DNA of 41,918 bases from a virus. Lineage: Duplodnaviria; Caudoviricetes. The position numbers and the translations under genes are program-made. The number at the start of each line of letters is the position of its first letter. Position 1 is the first letter of the stretch. The notes under the pieces are model-generated. The model saw only the letters and a program-made list of their open reading frames with translations. It had not been told where the DNA came from and made no database searches. The DNA is taken from positions 1 through 41,918 of the IMG/VR virus record IMGVR_UViG_3300007255_000002; one strand, 5' to 3'. Below are positions 1-7,598 of this stretch, piece by piece.

Positions 1-185
1 GCGGCGGCGGCGTCGGCGGCGTCGGCGGCGGCGTCGGCGGCGGCGGCGGCGGCGGCGTCGGCGGCGGCATCGGCGGCGTAGGCGGCGGCGGCATCGGCGG
101 CGGCGTAGGCGGCGTAGGCGGCGGCATTGGCGGCGGAGGCGGCGGCGGCGTCGGCGGCGGCGTAGGCGGCGGCATTGGCGGCGGA
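1..185 (-). repeat. GCC-codon low-complexity repeat encoding poly-Ala punctuated by D/Y/N/S
   Basis: Directly visible (GGC)n on the + strand with GTC/GTA/ATC/ATT interruptions. Confidence 0.95.
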
Positions 186-542
186 TTGTGCTTTACGTAC
201 CTGCTCAAGCGTCGCCTTGCCGCGTAGCCACGATCGGGTGATCTGGATGGCATCACTTGGGCGTTTGTCGTGTGGATATTTCTTGTGCCAGATCGGCAGA
301 GCAGTGGCAGCGCAGTCGCATGTGAGCGCGATTATTAGCTTTCGATCCGCATCGCGTTTGTGAAGAAGCCACAACATCCAATCCGGCCGTTTGCACGCAT
401 CCCAGGCGGCCTGCATTGAGTCGAAACCGCGCGCCCAGGCCAGACCGTCGGCACAAGGCCCGTGTTTCACGAGTGTCTTAGTCCAAGCCTTTCTGGCTGC
501 GCGCTTCGCAGCGCGCGTCACGGCTTTCGTGAGCGGTGTCAT
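1..542 (-). CDS. Imm5-like domain protein with Ala-rich repeat tail (3'-truncated by window edge; absent from ORF track)
   Basis: ATG at 542 overlaps the TGA of the upstream ORF. Translation MTPLTKAV...KHGPCADGLAWA...DWMLWLL...LTCDCAATALPIWHKKYPHDKRPSDAIQITRSWLRGKAT...SAANAAAYAAADAAA is open to position 1. The DCA..LP...D.RP..AI....W..G pattern resembles Imm5-like domains. Confidence 0.75.
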   Translation of the reverse strand, partial: MTPLTKAVTRAAKRAARKAWTKTLVKHGPCADGLAWARGFDSMQAAWDACKRPDWMLWLLHKRDADRKLIIALTCDCAATALPIWHKKYPHDKRPSDAIQITRSWLRGKATLEQVRKAQSAANAAAYAAADAAAASAANAAAYAAYAAADAAAAYAADAAADAAAAAAADAAADAADAAA

Positions 543-748
543 CGGCAACGCTCCGGGATCAGCGACCACTCCGTGTCCTTCACCGCCTGAGCTACACAAG
601 CGTCCCAGACTGCCCCAGGATCGACGATCTCCCCATGGGCTAAGAGTCTCACCGTCTCCCGGTTGAAAGCCTGAGCGGCGCGAAGTGAGACCGCTTGCCG
701 GCGCTTCGGGTCATGCCGGCGCTCGTTGAAGTCCAAGGCAGCGCTCAC
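539..748 (-). CDS. small hypothetical protein
   Basis: 69-aa ORF with GTGA/ATGA start-stop overlaps on both sides. Confidence 0.6.
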   Translation of the reverse strand: MSAALDFNERRHDPKRRQAVSLRAAQAFNRETVRLLAHGEIVDPGAVWDACVAQAVKDTEWSLIPERCR

Positions 749-915
749 TTACCCCACCTTTCGTCGATGCGCTTCCGTGCCGCAGAGATTTCAGCGTCCA
801 GGGCTTCGAAGGAACCACAAGCGGCGGCGCTAAAGATGCGGTGAAGTCCAAGGCACTCAACGCAGTAGCCGGGATGTTCGTGTTCACGGCCGCAATCGTC
901 GCAGCGGTAAGTCAT
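745..915 (-). CDS. small Zn-finger protein (56 aa, below ORF-track cutoff)
   Basis: MTYRCDDCGREHEHPGYCVECLGLH...RWGK; two CxxC pairs; ATGA and GTGA overlaps with neighbours. Confidence 0.65.
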   Translation of the reverse strand: MTYRCDDCGREHEHPGYCVECLGLHRIFSAAACGSFEALDAEISAARKRIDERWGK

Positions 916-1121
916 GGCTTAGCCTTCTCATGAAAGGCGTAGGAGCCTTTCCAGTTAGGGTGGAGTCTGGCCAAGGCTTGGTCGGTGCCACCTTGGGGGC
1001 CGAGAGCTTCGCAACGGTCGAGGTGCGCCTCGGCCAGCAGTCTGGCTTGGTGCTCGTAGTCGTAAGCCACCATGATGGCGCCGAAGACGGCGGCGAGCAG
1101 GAGATCGCGGGCGAGCTTCAT
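912..1121 (-). CDS. small membrane protein
   Basis: GGAGG RBS, then MKLARDLLLAAVFGAIMVAY with a hydrophobic N-terminus; TAATG overlap with the upstream gene. Confidence 0.6.
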   Translation of the reverse strand: MKLARDLLLAAVFGAIMVAYDYEHQARLLAEAHLDRCEALGPQGGTDQALARLHPNWKGSYAFHEKAKP

Positions 1122-1330
1122 TACCAACCTCCGAAGGTGCAGACGGGCCCACATCCAGTGCGTTCGCAGTCGTGGTGTTCGATTTCCCAACAGTGGCGTG
1201 CGGCGTCGACGACGGCAGTCTTGCGCCATGCTTGGCGTCGGGGCGCGGCACCAGACTTGAGTTCATCGCAGCGCGGGCAACCCTCGGTGAGTCTTCCGAA
1301 ACTCGGGCCACCGCAAGTGTGCTTGGTCAT
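1121..1330 (-). CDS. Cys/His-rich small hypothetical protein, first gene of leftward unit
   Basis: AAGGAG RBS before ATG at 1330; HTCGG, CPRC and HDC..TGC..VC motifs. Confidence 0.7.
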   Translation of the reverse strand: MTKHTCGGPSFGRLTEGCPRCDELKSGAAPRRQAWRKTAVVDAARHCWEIEHHDCERTGCGPVCTFGGW

Positions 1331-1361
1331 GTTTGTCTCTCCTTTCGTGAGCGACACCCTC

Positions 1362-1390
1362 AATCTAGTTCTTCTAGCGTTAGCAGTCAA
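1362..1390 (-). promoter_or_regulatory. sigma70-type promoter with palindromic operator in the spacer
   Basis: TTGACT-17 nt-TAGATT on the - strand; imperfect palindrome TGCTAACGCTAGAA at 1372-1385. Confidence 0.75.
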
Positions 1391-1993
1391 GGGAAAAGAG
1401 AGAGCAGTGAGTGTGCCGGGCGTAAGTGCTTGTCGGGCCGCGGCGCCAGTCTCGTGAGCCATGCATGACGCGACCGCCGCAACGGCACAACGCATGAAAG
1501 GCTCAAGGACGGCTCAGGAGGCTCGATCTCTCCCGCGTGGCGCTAGGGACTCCCATCGTGGGAGAAAGTCTCTCCTAGGGGAAGCTAGGTCCCTTGCGTG
1601 GCGCTATGGCTCATGGCGTTGCGCACATGCCGGCGGCCGGGACGGATCAAGGCTTTCCTGCATATGCAACACCTCACGGTTCTAGGCGCTACAGCACCGA
1701 GGATGCCAGAGACTCAAGGACTAAAGGTTGTGACTAGCCGTGTCTGGTTTGACACGTGTCTCTCCTGCCACGTTACGAGCATGTCTACGGAAACCGTAAA
1801 CCTACCAAGGTGTGTCTATGCTGACACACTGATTCTATGCCTTACCGGTCTACACGCCACTCAGCGCCACAACGACTTACAGCCGCTTACAGCTGTAGCT
1901 AGCCAGGCCAAGCCGGGCCGGGCCCCCCGCGGCAAAAGCGGCTTCGGCGAGAGCCCCGGACTAGAACTTTGCCCGAAAATTCCAGGAATGAAC

Positions 1994-2089
1994 GCGTACA
2001 CACACCGCGTACACATGGAGTTTGACTAGGCACAATGCGTACGCGATAGTGCGTACACATGAGACTGACGGCGAGGCAGGCGCGTACAC
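1994..2089 (+). promoter_or_regulatory. promoter (TTGACT 2022-2027, 17 nt, GATAGT 2045-2050) with five GCGTAC(A/G)C boxes
   Basis: Boxes at 1994, 2007, 2037 (perfect palindrome GCGTACGC), 2051 and 2082; the ATG at 2059 sits at about the expected +1 (leaderless). Confidence 0.65.
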
Positions 2090-2364
2090 GGTGGAAGGAG
2101 GTCCTGGATGCGGTGGAGTCTGGGGAGGCGGTGGAGATCCTGCGGCGCGGTAAGGTGATCGCGGAGATGCTCGCGCCGATCAGCGAGGATGAGGAGGCTA
2201 CAGCGCCACCTATGAGTCCCGCTCCTAAACCCAGGATGCCTGAGATCCCAGGGATGATGCGGGCCTCGGAGATTGCTGAGAAGCCGCGGCGGTGCAGTTT
2301 TCACGGTTGTACGAAGATGGGGATACGGCGGTTTGGCGCAGGCTGGAGGTGTGAGGAGCACTGA
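2059..2364 (+). CDS. Phd/YefM (prevent-host-death) antitoxin-like DNA-binding protein with C-terminal Cys/His motif
   Basis: MRLTARQARTRWKEVLDAVESGEAVEILRRGKVIA matches the Phd/YefM N-terminal pattern; C-terminus C..HGC...WRCEEH. Confidence 0.75.
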   Translation: MRLTARQARTRWKEVLDAVESGEAVEILRRGKVIAEMLAPISEDEEATAPPMSPAPKPRMPEIPGMMRASEIAEKPRRCSFHGCTKMGIRRFGAGWRCEEH

Positions 2365-2398
2365 GCCCGCCTGTGCGGGTTTTGGGGAGGGCGAAAAG

Positions 2399-2524
2399 AT
2401 GAGGCTTTTAGTGAAGTGTGCTGATTGCGGGCATATTATGAACTTTCACCCGGGGACCGAGGACCCGCCGAGGAAGTGCGAGAAGTGTGGCGGTACGCAT
2501 CTGCTCGACGAGGGGACGGCATGA
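2399..2524 (+). CDS. small Zn-ribbon protein
   Basis: MRLLVKCADCGH...CEKCGG; ATGA overlap with the next gene. Confidence 0.65.
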   Translation: MRLLVKCADCGHIMNFHPGTEDPPRKCEKCGGTHLLDEGTA

Positions 2525-2772
2525 CCGACTCGTTGAGGGAGCAGGTAGCGAGGAGGCTCCTAGGGACGCGCGGAGCGATTGGGGCGCATTCGCTCAATAT
2601 TTTCTGCACCGAGCCGTTCGAGAATGAGGTTGCCGCCGCTCAAGCCGAGGAGGTGATCCGGCTGATGGAGTGGGCGCGGCGGGAAACGATCGACGTCATA
2701 CGCATCGACTTCGGCGCCGAAGAGCTACGCTATCGCCCCCTGACCCTCCCACCGGACGATTGGAAGCCATGA
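2521..2772 (+). CDS. hypothetical protein
   Basis: GAGG RBS, MTDSLREQVARR..., ATGA overlaps at both ends. Confidence 0.65.
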   Translation: MTDSLREQVARRLLGTRGAIGAHSLNIFCTEPFENEVAAAQAEEVIRLMEWARRETIDVIRIDFGAEELRYRPLTLPPDDWKP

Positions 2773-2990
2773 CCTGGACTGCGGCAGTGCTCAGAGCCGT
2801 AGCTTTGATGAGCATCGTCCTAACCGGCGCCTTCGGAGTGGTTTGGCTGGTTGCCCACGGTTGGGGCCGGCCGGTACTATACACGTCCGGCGTTTTATTT
2901 TTGGTTGCTATCACCTTCGTTGTGGCGGCAGGGTTCAAGGAAGCCGCCGACCGCATCGCTTGGCTCCGCCAGCATGGAAAAGGGACATAA
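2769..2990 (+). CDS. small two-TM membrane protein
   Basis: MTWTAAVLRAVALMSIVLTGAFGVVWLV...GVLFLVAITFVVAA. Confidence 0.6.
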   Translation: MTWTAAVLRAVALMSIVLTGAFGVVWLVAHGWGRPVLYTSGVLFLVAITFVVAAGFKEAADRIAWLRQHGKGT

Positions 2991-3291
2991 CTCGCAAACC
3001 GCGCCCCTAAGTTTCTTTAGAGCCGAGGTAGTTAAACTTCTGGACCGCGCCTCCCGCTCGCGCGTCAGCTTCCATGAGCGCTTAGCCCTCGCCCGGCTCC
3101 GAGACCGAGTAGCCAGTGGTGAATCCCTCGGAGCGCTCGAACTTCCGCCTCTACGCTACGCCCGCGGCTTGCTCATGGCCTTGGGCTGGGCCGCCGAAGC
3201 CGAAACTACCTTCGACGAAGCATGGCGTCAGGAGTGCCTAGCCGAGTTCGAGTCATGGCGCCGCTGGTACCTAAGGACTCTTCAGCCGTGA
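2973..3291 (+). CDS. hypothetical protein
   Basis: C-terminal part of ORF 2851..3291 starting near MEKGHN (start approximate); GTGA overlap with the next gene. Confidence 0.5.
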
Positions 3292-3548
3292 AACTCTCAA
3301 CCCGCCCCGATAAGATGGCCCGCCAGCTTCGGGCGCTCGGATTCAAGGGTGAGCGAGGGATCTCATGTTCATGCCCCCTGGCGCGGTACTACGAGAGGTT
3401 GCTCGGGCGCGTGGTCTACATCACGGGGCGTTTGCTCTACGCCCTGGACCCGGACGGCGACTTGCTCGTCCAGCCGCTCACCGACTCCGAGTTCGAGTTC
3501 TCCACCCGCTTCGATGCCGGCGCCTACCCGTTCCTAGTCTCCCGCTAG
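3288..3548 (+). CDS. hypothetical protein
   Basis: GTG start overlapping the upstream TGA; G.KGERG...CPLARY...FD.G.YP.L pattern of a recurrent phage hypothetical family. Confidence 0.6.
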   Translation: MKLSTRPDKMARQLRALGFKGERGISCSCPLARYYERLLGRVVYITGRLLYALDPDGDLLVQPLTDSEFEFSTRFDAGAYPFLVSR

Positions 3549-3713
3549 GAGCCGCCTCGCTTCTAGGACGCGCTCTTTGGTGAGTCCGACATCGGTGAGT
3601 AGCTCGCGCGCCGTCTTCTTAGCGTCGGCCGAGAACTGATGAAACTGAGGGTTTTGCGGGCACTCTTGCCACGAGTGGGTCTCGGAAAGACAGATGGAGC
3701 AGGGGCCTACCAC
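3534..3713 (-). CDS. small CCHC zinc-knuckle protein
   Basis: CSICLSETHSWQEC = C-x2-C-x4-H-x4-C. Confidence 0.55.
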   Translation of the reverse strand: MVGPCSICLSETHSWQECPQNPQFHQFSADAKKTARELLTDVGLTKERVLEARRLLAGD

Positions 3714-3904
3714 GCCGCCCCCAAACCTTCGAGGTGCGAGATCTCCCTCTCGGTGGGAAGTTCCGGTAGTCCGTCGGCCCAAGAAGTCTCAACCGTCGAG
3801 CAACGAGACTTGTACTTCCTCAAGTAGCTCGCGACGTGACTTGGATTTGCGCCTTGGATGATCTGGCCTATCAGCCAGGTCCGGAAACGGGCGTACTGGC
3901 TCAT
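3707..3904 (-). CDS. hypothetical protein
   Basis: GGAGG RBS upstream of ATG 3904; overlaps the next gene start. Confidence 0.5.
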   Translation of the reverse strand: MSQYARFRTWLIGQIIQGANPSHVASYLRKYKSRCSTVETSWADGLPELPTEREISHLEGLGAAW

Positions 3905-4011
3905 CGACTACCTCCCAACCGTGGGCTTCGAGGAGGGCGAGTTGCGGAAGGGTGTTCTCCAACACTGTGCCTCCTTCCGAGTCCGCTACACCGTCCCCCT
4001 CCGCTGAGTTA

Positions 4012-4087
4012 AGCGTGAGCAAAAACGGAGGGGGCTGTCAACTTTTTATCTCTTTGGCGAGAAACTCACTGGTTTGAGTTATCCACA
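4012..4087 (-). promoter_or_regulatory. possible leftward promoter (TTGACA-18-CACGCT) and a perfect DnaA box
   Basis: TTGACA at 4041-4036; TTATCCACA at 4079-4087 on the + strand; inverted repeat CCCCCTCCG/CGGAGGGGG at 3995-4003/4026-4034. Confidence 0.5.
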
Positions 4088-4093
4088 ATTCTG

Positions 4094-4549
4094 CTAGACG
4101 CTGACAGACCCAACTGTCAGTAGGAGTTGCAGCTGCTCGGCTACGTATTCTCGCGCTGGTTCGATGCCACCGCACTCGTCGCTGATTGATTCGGCGAGCA
4201 TTTCAGCGTCTCGTTCGATTGAGCCGCTAAATCCATCTCTAACACGCGATTTCCACGGCATTCTGAGGGAGCGGGCGGTCTCGGCAATCTGCTCCTGAGT
4301 AATGCAGTCCAGGTGCACCACTGTGACCCATTCGCTTCCTGACTCCACCCGAAGAAAACACCCGGCTTTCCGGGCAGCTTCTCGAACAATGGCGTTGCTG
4401 ACAGTCTCCCAGCCATTCTCATAGGCAAGGTGGTGGCAATAGTTACGGAGGTGGATGCTCTGGTTGTGTGCCCACGACCTTGATCTGTGATCTCGTTCGA
4501 CCGCTGTGCATACCGCCAGCCACTTCGGCCCAGAAAACGGTTCTTTCAT
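4094..4549 (-). CDS. hypothetical protein coupled to ParB-like gene
   Basis: Likely start MKEPFSGPKW at 4549, an ATGA overlap with the ParB-like gene stop. Confidence 0.65.
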   Translation of the reverse strand: MKEPFSGPKWLAVCTAVERDHRSRSWAHNQSIHLRNYCHHLAYENGWETVSNAIVREAARKAGCFLRVESGSEWVTVVHLDCITQEQIAETARSLRMPWKSRVRDGFSGSIERDAEMLAESISDECGGIEPAREYVAEQLQLLLTVGSVSV

Positions 4550-5277
4550 GATTCCCCTCGGCGTTGGAGTTTGGCCGCTAGACGGTCTAGGACCTGGATC
4601 AAATCCCGAACTCTCTTTTCTCCGAACCGTGCTGCTTCTGGGCTGATAGAGCCTCCTTGCGCTACGGTTAGCCACCGCCCCTCCGCTAGCCGAGCGGTTT
4701 GTTTCAGTTCGCGGAACATGGCGGCAACGGGTTTGGCAACGCGTATCCGGTCCGATTCCTGGCGGAGTTGAACGCGGCGTTGCTGGTTGGTTCGCTGGCG
4801 GATTTGCTCGTCTGCTTCCGTGGCTGTTAGGTCGCCACTACGTAGTTTGGGTAGCAAGTCTGGGGCTTCCTGCTCAATCCGTTGCACTCGTTGAATAGTA
4901 CGTGTGCCTACCCCGACAGTCTTGGCCGCCAAGTCCCTGGACGAGTTGCCGTTAGGGTCTTCGCGCCGCCCGGCGCGGCTAGCAATTTGCTTTTCTAGAT
5001 CGCTGGCAACCATCGCGAGTTGGGTGGGCGTTAGGTGCCGTCGCTTGACGTTCTTCGATACCACGTACTCCATGGCGCCGTTTCCCTTGTAGGGAGCGAA
5101 TCTGGGTTTGATCTTGGAGCGTCGGCAAGCCTCGAAACGATGGCGTCCATCGAGGATCATGTCCTCGAAGACAACGATTGGTTCAAGCAGTCCGTGCTCC
5201 TTGATGTCTGTGACTAGCGCATCAAGTTCATCCGCCGTCATCGGCGGGCATAGTTCCGCATAGGGATGGGTTTTCAT
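4546..5277 (-). CDS. ParB/Srx N-terminal domain protein with HTH
   Basis: HPYAELCP...DIKEHGLLEPIVV...ILDGRHRFEAC...N.KRRHLT..Q; HTH-like AAKTVGVGTRTIQR. Confidence 0.85.
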   Translation of the reverse strand: MKTHPYAELCPPMTADELDALVTDIKEHGLLEPIVVFEDMILDGRHRFEACRRSKIKPRFAPYKGNGAMEYVVSKNVKRRHLTPTQLAMVASDLEKQIASRAGRREDPNGNSSRDLAAKTVGVGTRTIQRVQRIEQEAPDLLPKLRSGDLTATEADEQIRQRTNQQRRVQLRQESDRIRVAKPVAAMFRELKQTARLAEGRWLTVAQGGSISPEAARFGEKRVRDLIQVLDRLAAKLQRRGES

Positions 5278-5426
5278 TCATTTCTCCAGAAAGCAAAAGC
5301 GACCCGGGCCAAGTGCGGCGCGCTTTCACGCTGTCCTGCTGCGAGGCAGAGACTGCCGCTACTCGACCCGGATCGCGATCCTCTGCCTCGCATGGCCGCG
5401 AGGCTAGGCTTCCATGGTCTATCGAG

Positions 5427-5615
5427 TCAACGCGAATTCAGTCCGATGGCTGTCCTCTCCGCCCGCCACGCTTCCTTTCGGCATCCTTGGCATTCGACTA
5501 CCTCCCTCACGGTTGACTTGTAAGCCCATGCTCTAACTTTGAGTGGCGTCCAGCAAAAGTCGCACTTTGTTGGCTTTTCTAGACCTTTTACTAGTATCCA
5601 CGGTTCGTACGCCAT
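5427..5615 (-). CDS. small Zn-binding protein
   Basis: AAGGA RBS; CDFC...CQGC. Confidence 0.6.
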   Translation of the reverse strand: MAYEPWILVKGLEKPTKCDFCWTPLKVRAWAYKSTVREVVECQGCRKEAWRAERTAIGLNSR

Positions 5616-5639
5616 GCGTTTCCTTTCGGCGGCGGGCAA

Positions 5640-5663
5640 CAAAAAACGCCCATCACTGGGCGT
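5640..5663 (-). terminator. intrinsic terminator-like hairpin
   Basis: ACGCCCA-GTGA-TGGGCGT followed by a T-run on the - strand. Confidence 0.55.
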
Positions 5664-5908
5664 CGGTGGGCTTTACGTGGCGTCCATGCGGCCCTCCTAC
5701 GAGGACTCCGTGCGAGCGAAGGACGACAAGTCTAGCGACGCGCCGCATGAGCGCAAGACAACTCTCGCAAGTCGTTTTGGAACTTGACTTCCCCCTAAGA
5801 GAAGGTTCAAGGTTTGAGTCAGCGAAGCGAACCGAGTGCATGGTGAGGGCGCGGAGCTTTCGACTCCTTTCGGCCGCGCCCTCACTTTCTCACCCTAGGA
5901 GCCCACGG

Positions 5909-6118
5909 ATGGCCCGAGCCAAGATCAAGTCTAGGAAGCCCCTCGAAGCCGTGTCAGAAGAGACACACCGCGGCGGACTGCACGAAAGTCTCGGTATCCC
6001 GCAAGGCCAGAAGATCGGCGCCGCAAGGATCGAAGCCGCCACTCACTCGTCCAACCTCAAGACGCGGCGCCAGGCCAACCTGGCCCAGACTTATGCCAAG
6101 TACCGCAAGGGCAAGTGA
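5909..6118 (+). CDS. small basic phage protein, first gene of late unit
   Basis: AGGAG RBS; GGLHESLGIPQGQKI...RRQANLAQT pattern common upstream of phage terminases. Confidence 0.7.
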   Translation: MARAKIKSRKPLEAVSEETHRGGLHESLGIPQGQKIGAARIEAATHSSNLKTRRQANLAQTYAKYRKGK

Positions 6119-6426
6119 GAATAGACGTTTACCACCACGTCTCTAGCGACGTGGACGCTAGGCTCACCAGCATCGAAGCACTCATCACTCAACTAGTCGT
6201 CAAGGAGGCCGCCAACATGGCTATCGGACAAGACATCCTCGACAAGGTCACGGCTGAGGACACCAAGGTGGACTCGGTCATCGCACTTCTGAACTCGCTC
6301 GCCGCCGCCGGCACCATCCCGCCCGACGTCCTCGCCGCCATCCTGGCCAAGATTCAGGGCTCGGAAGACAAGCTCGACGCCGCGATTGCGGCTAACACGC
6401 CGCCTTCTCCCCCGCCGGTTCCCTAG
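6115..6426 (+). CDS. hypothetical coiled-coil protein
   Basis: GTGA overlap; MRIDVYHH...L.AAIAANT; a second internal RBS+ATG (MAIGQD). Confidence 0.7.
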   Translation: MRIDVYHHVSSDVDARLTSIEALITQLVVKEAANMAIGQDILDKVTAEDTKVDSVIALLNSLAAAGTIPPDVLAAILAKIQGSEDKLDAAIAANTPPSPPPVP

Positions 6427-6507
6427 AAGCCATGTTGGTCTTTCTCTTTGTTCTCGTGGTTCTGGTGGCCGGACTCTGGTTCTTCCGGTCCGACCCTGAG
6501 GATCGCG

Positions 6508-6690
6508 ATGCCCTCTAGCCAAGTGATGGAGAAGTTCGAAACCGGCCGACTCAAGTCTGGCCGATCAGGTAAGCCCGTGACGAGCCGCAAGCAAGCCATC
6601 GCCATCATGTTGAGCGAGCGGCGCAACGAGGAAGCGACGGGAAGTCCCGACAAGACACCCCGGCTACACGTCACGAGGAAGAAGCGGTGA
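6508..6690 (+). CDS. DUF6496-like small basic protein
   Basis: VMEKFETGRLKSGRSGKPVTSRKQAIAIMLSE matches the DUF6496 pattern. Confidence 0.75.
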   Translation: MPSSQVMEKFETGRLKSGRSGKPVTSRKQAIAIMLSERRNEEATGSPDKTPRLHVTRKKR

Positions 6691-6953
6691 AACTCGGGCC
6701 GCGGGAAATTCGCAACGCTAGCCAGTTCTTTGAAGCCATGTCGCCGGAGGTAAGGGATCGCGCCATTAAGTGCTTCATGGAGTTCGCGTATCACTACGCC
6801 ACAGCTACCGCGATGGGATATGACAAGGACGGCCGAAGGCTCAAGTGGCAGATGACGGGCGAGATGCAAGACTCGATTCGTGACGCCGCTCTAGACGCAT
6901 TTCTAGGGGCCGAGGCAACGGACGCGCTTAAAACCTCCCCAGGTGAGTCGTGA
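6687..6953 (+). CDS. hypothetical protein
   Basis: 88-aa ORF with GTGA overlaps. Confidence 0.6.
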   Translation: MKLGPREIRNASQFFEAMSPEVRDRAIKCFMEFAYHYATATAMGYDKDGRRLKWQMTGEMQDSIRDAALDAFLGAEATDALKTSPGES

Positions 6954-7126
6954 TCTTCGACGCGCGGGGCCAGGAGTACCGCCAGAAGCGCCCCATCGGC
7001 TTCCACGGCCACGATCAGCTAGAGTCTGAGCCGGTAGCTGAGGTGCGAACCGAACGCGGCTCTCTGCCCGCCTGGAGCATCGAGGAGCGATCTGACGAGG
7101 CGGTAGCGGCGAGGAAGCGTGGCTAG
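6950..7126 (+). CDS. 58-aa hypothetical protein with KRPIGF motif (absent from ORF track)
   Basis: GTG start overlapping the upstream TGA; MIFDARGQEYRQKRPIGFHG...KRG; fills the gap exactly. Confidence 0.55.
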   Translation: MIFDARGQEYRQKRPIGFHGHDQLESEPVAEVRTERGSLPAWSIEERSDEAVAARKRG

Positions 7127-7388
7127 GACTCCGATCAAGAACCGCTCGGCGCTGGGCAAGAAACTCCAGCAGCAGGTAGACGAGAAGGACGCGCTAGACG
7201 AAGGCAGGGCGCCGCCGACGATGATGGGCAGTGCGTGGGGCTACAACCGTCCCAAGCGCCCGAGTCTCATTGAAAAGTTCAACGCCGCCGTCAAAGCGGC
7301 CAAGTTGAGACGCAACCCGCCACCGGAACTCAAAGGCGCGGTGGACATTACCGATATTCAGCCGAGGCAAGGCGGAAAGGTGAGCTAG
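7119..7388 (+). CDS. hypothetical protein
   Basis: ORF track; GAGG RBS; operon packing. Confidence 0.6.
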   Translation: MARTPIKNRSALGKKLQQQVDEKDALDEGRAPPTMMGSAWGYNRPKRPSLIEKFNAAVKAAKLRRNPPPELKGAVDITDIQPRQGGKVS

Positions 7389-7595
7389 ATGGCACGCTCC
7401 AGCATCAAGCAACGCATGACAGTCTCCGAGCCCCACGACAACGCCATCGGCTTGGACACCATCGCTGCGCCGGTGGTGGCTTTTGCTAAGGATGTGGTGA
7501 AGTCGGTCAAGTCGGCGGCCAAGGAAGTCCCGCAAGCGGTCGCGGCGGTCAAGTCGGGCTACCAAAAGACGCGAAACTTCCTGACGGGTAAGTAG
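7389..7595 (+). CDS. hypothetical protein
   Basis: ORF track; abuts both neighbours. Confidence 0.6.
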   Translation: MARSSIKQRMTVSEPHDNAIGLDTIAAPVVAFAKDVVKSVKSAAKEVPQAVAAVKSGYQKTRNFLTGK

Positions 7596-7598
7596 TTT

